Shown: one piece after another, positions 9,035 to 16,786 of the stretch
Layout: each line of letters starts with the position of its first letter
How positions within the stretch are numbered: the first letter of the stretch is position 1
Origin: Malassezia furfur
Lineage: Eukaryota
Strand: one strand, 5' to 3'
Length of the DNA stretch: 20,000 bases
Assembly: GCA_052055015.1 (NCBI GenBank)
Contig: JBQJIT010000011.1
The notes under the pieces: model-generated
Databases searched by the model: none
Told to the model about the DNA's origin: nothing
The model's input: the letters and a program-made list of their open reading frames with translations, nothing else
Made by a program: the position numbers and the translations under genes

Positions 9035-10975
9035 ATGTCGATAAAGGGCGAACTGCCGCTCGCAGTACACCCAAAGTATCGCACGCGTAGGACTAGGAAA
9101 TGGTCTACGATTCTTGCCGTAGTCATCGGAACGTTCCAGTTATGGATGCTCTGGACACGTTGGATCAACTCGTCTTTGTGGCTTCCAAACCTTTTGGAAA
9201 CAGCTAGTGAGACGCATTCGGTCTGCCCTCAAGTTCCAGAGTATGACCCCAAGAATGCACTTGGTGGCCGCAAAATCGAGCTACCGACCATCCGCGAGGC
9301 CGTTGATCGGTTGAGTCAGGCGGTACAGTTGGACACGGCGACGCATGACGACTGGGTGGATCCTAATGATGACCCCGAGCCGTGGCGCAAGTTTAATGCA
9401 TTTGCTAACTTCCTTGAAAAGACATTTCTAGCCGTCCATGCGCATGAAAGTCCTTTGAAACGCGAGTTCGTCCACCAGCATGGCCTACTTTACATTTGGC
9501 CCGGTTCGGATGCGTCACTGAAGCCGCTGGTTCTCACGGCGCACCAGGACGTGGTGCCCATTGACCCGACCACGCTTCACGATTGGATTTTCCCGCCCTT
9601 CTCTGGATACATTGACCTCGAGAACCAGACAGTCTGGGGCCGCGGCTCATACGACTGTAAAGTACGCGTGCTGGGTATCTTGTCCGCGGCCGAGTCGCTG
9701 CTTCGGAGCGACTGGTCTCCGCGCCGGACCATTATCTTTGCGTATGGATTTGATGAAGAGATTGGTGGCAAGCAGGGTGCGCAGTATATCGGGAAGCGCC
9801 TCGAAGAGCTCTACGGTGTCAACGGGATTGCGATGCTGGTCGACGAAGGTATGCCAGTCTATTCGGCCCATGATGTCGAGTCGTTCGGGGCGCCGATTGC
9901 GGCTCCCGCGGTGAGTGAGAAGGGTGCACTGAATGTGCGCATTGAGGTGCGCAGCAAGGGCGGTCACTCGTCGATGCCACCGGCGCATACGTCCATCAGC
10001 CTTTTGTCCAAGCTTGTGACCATCTTGGAAGACCATCCTTTCCCTGACAAGATCGAGGAAAAATCCAAGGCACAGATTCGGTTCTTGCAGTGCCTGCGTG
10101 ACCATCCGCATGTCTCGGACAGGATGCGCCATGCTTTGATGGAGCTGGAATATGCAGAGCGCTCGCTGGATACCGAATTCCTACGCCTGTACGCCGCCGA
10201 ACTTCCGGTCTACGAGCGACTCTATCTGCGCCTCGCACCGGCTTCTGTAGTACAGAGCCGGCTGGGACGTGCCCGTAAACGTGTGCTGGATCTGCTCAGC
10301 GTCAACACGCGCCTAGTGCTGAAGACGACGCAGGCCGTCGATGTCATCGAAGGCGGTGTTAAGGTGAATGCACTTCCCGAGTCGGCACACGCCATCATCA
10401 ACCACCGCATTGCACCCTACTCGAGCGTGGAGGAGACCAAGGTCCGCTACAAAAAACTGCTTGCGCCTGTCGCCGAGGAGCTGGGCCTTTCGCTCACGGC
10501 GTTTGACGAGGAGCTGATTCCGCACACCAATGCGTCCGTGGGTTCACTGGCACTGAGCAGTGAATCCTGGGAGAGGGAGGTGGCTCACATCTCCGCGTTC
10601 GAGGGAGAGAATGCGGGTCCCTTCCGTCTGTTGTCCAGCGTGATTCGCCAGACATGGCATCTCGACGACCCGCGGCACATTCTTCACGAGGGGGCCGAGA
10701 CCGTGACTACGCCGAAGAAGGCGTCAATGGAGGCCTTGCGTGTGACGCCCAGCATCATGTTTGCCAACACAGATACGCTATGGTACAAGAACCTGACCCT
10801 AAACGTATTCCGCTTCGCTCCTGCGACATTGCACCGCGACCTGACGGGCATCCCAACACTGCACACCACCCATACGGTGAACGAGCACATTCCGATTGAC
10901 TCGATCGTGAAGGCGAACGAGTTCTACGTGAACTTGGTCGTGGCTGCCGACTTCGAGGACCTCGAAAAGGTATAG
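9035..10975 (+). CDS. CPS1: M20 family Gly-Xaa carboxypeptidase, copy 3, 646 aa
   Basis: ATG 9035 (MSIKGELPL) aligns with MSDKEQLPL of copy 2. Motifs AHQDVVP, GRGSYDCK, FDEE, DEG, GGHSS, HTVNEH intact. Confidence 0.92.
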   Translation: MSIKGELPLAVHPKYRTRRTRKWSTILAVVIGTFQLWMLWTRWINSSLWLPNLLETASETHSVCPQVPEYDPKNALGGRKIELPTIREAVDRLSQAVQLDTATHDDWVDPNDDPEPWRKFNAFANFLEKTFLAVHAHESPLKREFVHQHGLLYIWPGSDASLKPLVLTAHQDVVPIDPTTLHDWIFPPFSGYIDLENQTVWGRGSYDCKVRVLGILSAAESLLRSDWSPRRTIIFAYGFDEEIGGKQGAQYIGKRLEELYGVNGIAMLVDEGMPVYSAHDVESFGAPIAAPAVSEKGALNVRIEVRSKGGHSSMPPAHTSISLLSKLVTILEDHPFPDKIEEKSKAQIRFLQCLRDHPHVSDRMRHALMELEYAERSLDTEFLRLYAAELPVYERLYLRLAPASVVQSRLGRARKRVLDLLSVNTRLVLKTTQAVDVIEGGVKVNALPESAHAIINHRIAPYSSVEETKVRYKKLLAPVAEELGLSLTAFDEELIPHTNASVGSLALSSESWEREVAHISAFEGENAGPFRLLSSVIRQTWHLDDPRHILHEGAETVTTPKKASMEALRVTPSIMFANTDTLWYKNLTLNVFRFAPATLHRDLTGIPTLHTTHTVNEHIPIDSIVKANEFYVNLVVAADFEDLEKV

Positions 10976-10990
10976 ATCATAAATACATAA

Positions 10991-13552
10991 CTAGTCACGG
11001 CTCGACGACGACTTCCCCCAGGACTGAATGCCCGGCATGCCCTTCCCTGGGCCACGCGGGGGGTTTTCGTGCCGGACATATTCTGTGCCTGGTTCGTCGT
11101 CAGAACTATCATCACAGTCCGTCCGGCGGACCGTGCGGGCTCGCTTGGACTGCGCCGGGCGGACCAAATCACTCGACTTCTTCTTGAGTCCGCGCAAGGT
11201 AGAGAAGGCGGCGGGCTTGCTAGCCTTGGGCGCCGTTGGCGTAGCGCCGGGCGCGCCAGACGGCGCACTCGCTAGTGGTTCGCCCTCGCTCTTAGATGAC
11301 ACGCGCCGCCGCGCGGTGAAGCTCGTTCGCTTCTTGGGCGCGCGCTGCTCCATGGCGTCCTCCTCCTCCTCGGCATGCTTCTCCGCGGACTCGTCCTGGT
11401 CCACCCTTGGGAGCCGCGAGACGCGCGACACGCGACTACGCTGCGACCCTGTCCGAACGGGCAGCTCAAACTCCTCAATGAAGCTCGATCCGGTCGTGTT
11501 GGAATTGATCGTCTGAGCCGATGCGGTATGTCGCATCGCTGGCGCGCGGGGTAGGGTATCGGACGGCCGCGGGGGCTCATCAGGCGGCGTCGATGCGGAC
11601 GGAACGCCGCGAGGCGGCGATGGCGGTTGTTTCTCAACCACCGGCCCGGAGCGGCGTGATGCACGGCTCGAGCTGCGTGTGCTGCTCGTGCGGGAGGGCG
11701 GTTCGTCGTCGGCCTCCTCGCGCTCCACTTGGCGTTTGGTCTCGGCACTGTGCTGCGACACGCCGAGCGAGCACATCACAGCGGGCGCCGTGGCGGTTGG
11801 CGCATCGAGTGTCTCGAGCTCGTGTGGCTCAAAGAGTCGCGGCACAAAATACACGCGACACGGAATCATCAAAATGATAATCACCGGGAAGCCAATTGCC
11901 GCAATCGTCTGTGAAATGGCAATGGTCATGCCAAAGAAGAGCCATTGGATCCCGACAAACAGCGCGATGGCACGCCGGCGCAGCTGCATTAGCGGCGGAC
12001 GCGCCGACTTGGCCAGGGGAACAGCGCTGCGGTCCTGCAAGAGCGACAATGTACGCAGGATAATCGGGTTGGACTCGATCGATGCCCAGCCGACCACGAG
12101 GAAGACGCCGGCAAAGACGGCGCGCGGCATGGTGCCAAGTGCGACAAGGATCGGGCGCGTCATGGAGCCAATGGTGAGGAGCCCAATCACGAAATGGCTC
12201 AGCCGCTGCTCAACGACACGGGCGATACGGACATGCGCAAAGTGCGTAATGTACAGGAGCGAGGCGTTTCCCGTAACCGAAACACGCCGCACGCCGCGCT
12301 GCTCCTCGTCGACGATGGGTTCCTGTGTGTACACAGCGAGAGAGTCGGTGTGGTAGGGTGCCTGTGGCACCAGTCCGTTGGGCACCGGCAATCCCAAGAT
12401 GCCTGATACAAACGTGGTGCAGCCCAACAGGAAAAAGTCCCAATGGAAACCGGCCGGCTTGGTGATAGGAAATTTGCGCGCCTGTGCCATCACACTCGAC
12501 ACGTTGTGGTCAAAGTAGAACAGGAGCGTGAGCAAAAATCCGAGCGGCGCGCCGACAAACACCCACTGCACTTCGGCGTTCCAAAAATCCACCACCCAGT
12601 CGCGGTCGAGCGTCGGAAAAAAGCTGCGGGTGATGGGCAGGCGCGACACGGCAACATCCTTGAGCGTATGGCCGGGGAAGTTGCTGAAGCCGGTCCAGAA
12701 CAAACACCCAGCGACAAACGCGAGCTGCCCCACGAGGCGGCGCAGCTGGAATGGCAGGTAGGTCGACGCACCCACCATCGTTGCAAAGTAAACCGTGACG
12801 CTAAACAGCACGGCGATCGTCACCGCGAGCCAGCCCGTGGCATTCTCGAGCGGGGCTGGCCCAAACTCACGGTTGAGCAGTTCGATGCCCTTTTGGACAT
12901 AGATCACGCCGACGTACAGGCCGAACGTGTCCGAGATCATGTCAGTCACGAACCGCGTGTAGTCGCATAGGTTAAAGATGGCCGCGAGGAAGTGGAAGCC
13001 GGAGCCCCAGATCAGCATCCAGCATTGCAGGCGCAGGTACTCTTGCCGGTTCAGGTCGTAGTGGTTGTGGGCAATGTCGTACACGGTGTAGTTCATCAGG
13101 TTCGTGAGACCCGTGACGCCCACAAAGGTGAGCGGCTGCACGCTGAACAGCGAGAAGACGATTGCCGCGAGCGCAGACGCGAGGATCACTTCGTTCACGC
13201 CGTAGCTGCCGTCCGTGCGGTCGTACATATCGAGCACATACGCGATGGCTGGCATCAGGTTGATGAAGAAGATCTGCACCACGCTCGCCGCAACGATCGG
13301 TAAGCTGTTTCCGCGCAGTGCATCGGTCCAGTCCGACAGGTAGTAAGGCAGCCGCCGGCGCACGTCCGCCCACATGCCCCGGAACGGGCGGAGCTCGTAC
13401 CAGGCGCTCCGCGCTTCCCACGGCACACTGGTGTCGTCGTGTACGTGCGCGGTATCTTTCCGCATCTGCGGCATGCGCAATGGCCGCAGTCCGCCGGCCC
13501 GGGAGGCGCGCCCTTGGCTTGGGGCGCGCCGCTCCCCCAGTGCGGCGTACAT
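10991..13552 (-). CDS. BOR1: Bor1-type borate exporter / SLC4 (HCO3- transporter family), ~853 aa with long disordered C-terminal tail
   Basis: Family motifs RRRLPYYLSDW, FFINLMPAIAY, QPLTFVGVTG, LFYFDHNVSS, GFHWDFFLLG, NGLVPQAP, VVEQR, AAIGFP and multiple TM helices. Start uncertain: ATG 13552 chosen because more upstream starts overlap RPC17; MPQMRK is an alternative. Confidence 0.92.
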   Translation of the reverse strand: MYAALGERRAPSQGRASRAGGLRPLRMPQMRKDTAHVHDDTSVPWEARSAWYELRPFRGMWADVRRRLPYYLSDWTDALRGNSLPIVAASVVQIFFINLMPAIAYVLDMYDRTDGSYGVNEVILASALAAIVFSLFSVQPLTFVGVTGLTNLMNYTVYDIAHNHYDLNRQEYLRLQCWMLIWGSGFHFLAAIFNLCDYTRFVTDMISDTFGLYVGVIYVQKGIELLNREFGPAPLENATGWLAVTIAVLFSVTVYFATMVGASTYLPFQLRRLVGQLAFVAGCLFWTGFSNFPGHTLKDVAVSRLPITRSFFPTLDRDWVVDFWNAEVQWVFVGAPLGFLLTLLFYFDHNVSSVMAQARKFPITKPAGFHWDFFLLGCTTFVSGILGLPVPNGLVPQAPYHTDSLAVYTQEPIVDEEQRGVRRVSVTGNASLLYITHFAHVRIARVVEQRLSHFVIGLLTIGSMTRPILVALGTMPRAVFAGVFLVVGWASIESNPIILRTLSLLQDRSAVPLAKSARPPLMQLRRRAIALFVGIQWLFFGMTIAISQTIAAIGFPVIIILMIPCRVYFVPRLFEPHELETLDAPTATAPAVMCSLGVSQHSAETKRQVEREEADDEPPSRTSSTRSSSRASRRSGPVVEKQPPSPPRGVPSASTPPDEPPRPSDTLPRAPAMRHTASAQTINSNTTGSSFIEEFELPVRTGSQRSRVSRVSRLPRVDQDESAEKHAEEEEDAMEQRAPKKRTSFTARRRVSSKSEGEPLASAPSGAPGATPTAPKASKPAAFSTLRGLKKKSSDLVRPAQSKRARTVRRTDCDDSSDDEPGTEYVRHENPPRGPGKGMPGIQSWGKSSSSRD

Positions 13553-13604
13553 ACGCGGTGGTAAATACGGAGCGCGTCGCGTACGTAAGCCGATTTCTTC
13601 GACG

Positions 13605-14266
13605 ATGCGCATTGTCAAGACGCGGGCGGCGCTCTTGTCGGATTACGAGGTGCTCCAGCTGCTGCGCGACACCGAGACGCGGCAGCGCGAGGCTGCGCGG
13701 CCGGACAACGAGGATGCAGAGGCGTGGATGAAGGCCGTGCCCCCCAACGTCCGCACCATCCAGTTTGAGGTACGTGCATGCACTAATGCAGACGATTGCG
13801 TCGCTGTCGCAGGCGCATCGGCCGTGTGCGCGGCAAGAGGCGCACCACATCCACGGCTTTCTCAAGGCGGTTGAGGAGAAGGGGTATGCGCCGTCCGACG
13901 CAAAGATCCTGCAGGGCACGCCGGGCCTGACGAAGGCCGAACGGCTGCAGCTGGTCAATCATGCGCCGATGAGCGTCGTAGAACTGCACACGGTACGTGT
14001 GTTCACTGACACAGCTTGTGGAAGAGCTTGGGCAACGCATGTCCGACGAACAGATCGACGACATCTTGCAATGTGTCATGACGCATCTTCCTGCACCGCA
14101 AGCGCAGGTCGAGCCGCTCGAGGTCGAGGCGCAGCCGGTGCTCGACGAGGCGCCGGACACGTACGCCGCGGACGAGATGGCCGTGGACGAGGACGCATTT
14201 CCCGAAGAACACTTTGAACATGAGGGGCCATCTACGGCTGTGGCTGCGGACGATGACGACGACTAA
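13605..14266 (+). CDS. RPC17: RNA polymerase III subunit Rpc17/RPC9 (Rpb4 family), 205 aa; exons 13605-13769, 13792-13992, 14015-14266
   Basis: N-terminal MRIVKTRAALLSDYEVLQLL. The spliced product gives NVRTIQFE|TIASL and LTKAERLQLVNHAPMSVVELHT|LVEELGQRMSDEQIDDIL, the HRDC-like Rpc17 signature. Two 22-nt GT-AG introns join three separate ORF-track frames. Confidence 0.88.
13770..13791 (+). other. 22-nt spliceosomal intron (RPC17 intron 1)
   Basis: GTACGT-GCATGCA-CTAAT-GCAG. Removal restores the conserved reading frame. Confidence 0.85.
13993..14014 (+). other. 22-nt spliceosomal intron (RPC17 intron 2)
   Basis: GTACGT-GTGTTCA-CTGAC-ACAG. Removal joins ELHT to LVEE. Confidence 0.87.
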
Positions 14267-14267
14267 T

Positions 14268-14909
14268 CTATCTCCAATCACCGCCCTTGAACCCGCGCCC
14301 GCGGCTCATGACCGGCAGGATACCAAGCGCACGCGCGCGGCGGATGGCCTTGCCAATATACCGCTGGCTCTTGCGCGTAAGGCCGGTCACGTTGCGGGGC
14401 AGAATCTTGCCCATTTCCGAGACGTACTCCGAGAGCAGTGTCCCGTTTTTGTAGGTGTCATCGGCAAGCGACGGCTTTGCCGGGTTCAGTCCGAGGATAT
14501 GAATAGGGTCTTGCTTCATCGCTTCGCGCTTCGACGGGCCGAGCAGCGGCAGGGCGCGACGGCGCGGCTGGAAGGTCATGTTGCTCGGGTCGAGCGTGTA
14601 CGGGTCGTAGTATTGGCCGTTCTGGAACGTCTTCGTGGGACCGACTTGCTCCTGGCGACGTGCACCGGCCATGGACGGGCGCTGGGCCTGGCCACGAGGC
14701 GAGCGCGGCGTCTGCTTCGGCTGCTCTTTGGGCTGGCTCTCGAGGAAGCTCGCGAGCTGGTCGAGCTTCGCCTGTGCGGAGTCGTCTGCCTGTGGCTTTT
14801 GGGGTCCCTCGTCACTGCTCTTCAGGCGCAATTGCATCAGCGGGGCACGGGCGAGCGGCGCGCGCGCCATGCGCACGCCGGCGACGGCGCTCCAGGTGCT
14901 TCGAAGCAT
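14268..14909 (-). CDS. RSM18: Mitochondrial small ribosomal subunit protein bS18m, 213 aa
   Basis: Arg-rich presequence-like N-terminus (MLRSTWSAVAGVRMARAPLAR). C-terminal S18 domain YKNGTLLSEYVSEMGKILPRNVTGLTRKSQRYIGKAIRRARALGILP. Confidence 0.9.
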   Translation of the reverse strand: MLRSTWSAVAGVRMARAPLARAPLMQLRLKSSDEGPQKPQADDSAQAKLDQLASFLESQPKEQPKQTPRSPRGQAQRPSMAGARRQEQVGPTKTFQNGQYYDPYTLDPSNMTFQPRRRALPLLGPSKREAMKQDPIHILGLNPAKPSLADDTYKNGTLLSEYVSEMGKILPRNVTGLTRKSQRYIGKAIRRARALGILPVMSRGRGFKGGDWR

Positions 14910-14932
14910 GAGCAAAGAGGAGCACCGACGAT

Positions 14933-14942
14933 ATCACGTGAC
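14933..14942. promoter_or_regulatory. ATCACGTGAC (Cbf1/CDEI-type bHLH site) in the 49-bp divergent RSM18/THI6 promoter
   Basis: Matches RTCACGTG on both strands and lies between the two ATGs (14909 on -, 14959 on +). Confidence 0.45.
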
Positions 14943-14958
14943 ACAACCGTGCGCGACG

Positions 14959-16695
14959 ATGCCCGAGTACGGCCTATACCTGGTGACCGGGCGCGAGCTG
15001 CTGCCTGAGGGCGTGTCGTACCTCTCGAGCCTCGAGGAGACGCTGCGTGACGGGCATGTGACGATCGTGCAGATCCGGTACGTCGCGCCGCACTGACACA
15101 GCGAAAAACATGCCGACTACGACGAGTTTCTCCAGATCGCGAAGGATTCGCTCGAAATCTGCGACAAGTATGGCGCGACGATGGTCATCAACGACAGCGT
15201 GGACGTCGCAGCTGCACTTCCCGAGCGTGTCGGGCTGCACATCGGACAGGACGACACTAAACTAGCCGAGGCACGCCAGCGCCTGGGCTCCGGCCGTCTC
15301 ATTGGCATTTCGGTGCACGACGCGGCGCAGGCGCGCGCGGCGCTCGACAGCGACGCGGACTATGCAGGGGTCGGGCCGTGCTGGGGCACTCAGTCCAAGG
15401 CCGGTATCACCAAGGACGATGTCATGATGATCGACGGCGCGCGCGAGACAGTTGCGGCGCTCGCACGTACGCAGCAGGACGCACCGCCCGGCGCGCGGCT
15501 GCGCATGCCGTGTGTGCTGATCGGCGGCATCAACCTGCGTACGGTGCTGCGCACGATGATGGGCGCTTCGTCGCCGCAGAATGCGCCCGACGGATTCGCA
15601 GTGATCTCGGCGATCGTCGCACGCCGCGACCCAGGGCGGGCGGCCGCCGAACTGTACGCGGCGCTCGGTGCATTCCGCGCGGTGCAGGCAGAGCGGGCGT
15701 CGCGCGTTGCGATGTCCTCGCTGACGAACCACGTGCTGCCGAGCCCGTTTGCGTCGCCATCCGAGCTGGTCACGGCGGTGGCGTCCCTGCTGAAGGCACA
15801 CCACACCGTGTACGACCCCACGACGCATACGGAGGACGACACGCACGTCACCATCCCCCGCACGCTGGTGCAGACGATCACGTCGCACGTGTCGTCATAC
15901 TTTAGCGCGAACGTTGCGCTCGCCTTCTCGGCGAGTCCAATCATGAGCCACGAGGCCGAAGAGGCCGAGGCACTGAGCCAGGCGACGCGTGCGCTCGTGC
16001 TCAACATCGGCACGATCAACAGCGAGGCACGTCAAGGCATGGCGGTCGCTGGGCCGGCCGCGAATGCGCGCGGAACGCCCGTGTTGCTGGACCCCGTAGG
16101 CGTCGGTGCGACGCCGTTCCGCTACGAGGTCGCCAACGACATTCTGAATCACACGCAGGTGACGCTCATCAAGGGCAATGCTGCCGAGATCGGCAAACTT
16201 GCGGGGTCGACCGAGGCGCAGGCGCAGGGCGTCGACAGCGTCGGGGCGCTGTCGAGCCCGGCGCACCTCGCGGCGCAGCTTGCGATGCAGGAGGGCGCGC
16301 TGGTGCTCCTTACCGGCGAGGTCGACTACCTAACGAACGGCGAGGTGGTGATCGAGTCGCACTGCGGTACACCGCTGCTTGGCCGTGTGACCGCTACGGG
16401 GTGCTCGCTTGGTGTGATGGTCGCTGCAGGCCTCACGAGTGCGATGCATGTCTATGGGGTGCAGCTCGGCTCCGCGGACGTGCAGCGCATCACGCCGCCG
16501 CGCACACACCGCGAGCTGCTCGTTGGTGCGTTGCTCGGCGTGTTTGCGTTCACGATCGCGGCGGAGCGCGCGGTCAAGGTGCCTGGCGTACGTGGGCCCG
16601 GTACATTCCTGCCTGCGCTGCTTGACGAGATTGCCTTGCTCACGCCCGCGACGCTGCAGACGTACGAGGACCGCGTCAAGGTGTATACAGTGTAG
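14959..16695 (+). CDS. THI6: Bifunctional thiamine-phosphate synthase / hydroxyethylthiazole kinase, 570 aa; exons 14959-15077, 15102-16695
   Basis: ThiE domain: YGLYLVT, VQIR|EK, VINDSVDVA, GLHIGQDD, GVGPCWGTQSK, IGGIN, AVISAI. ThiM domain: ASPIM, LVLNIGT, LLDPVGVGATPFR, IKGNAAEI, TGEVD, TATGCSLG, GPGTFLPALLD. Confidence 0.93.
15078..15101 (+). other. 24-nt spliceosomal intron (THI6), in frame, containing a TGA stop
   Basis: GTACGT-CGCGCCGCA-CTGAC-ACAG. Removal restores the conserved Q-x-R-E-K motif of thiamine-phosphate synthases and removes TGA 15094-15096. Confidence 0.88.
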
Positions 16696-16786
16696 ATAGA
16701 GAGCCTAGTGATTTGCTACCGAGGACGCCTGGCAGGTGGAGGGCAGCGCGTCGCGGCGCGTCGCGTCCACGTGCCAACACCTTCGC

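Noticed and set aside
14910..15101. Possible TPP riboswitch at THI6
   Set aside because: Only 49 bp upstream and a 24-nt intron; no room for a TPP aptamer and no recognisable aptamer core.
4863..16695. Peptidases + transporter + THI6 as a functional metabolic gene cluster
   Set aside because: Neighbours are unrelated housekeeping genes (Pol III, mitoribosome, GINS, exocyst); no backbone biosynthetic enzyme or pathway logic links them.
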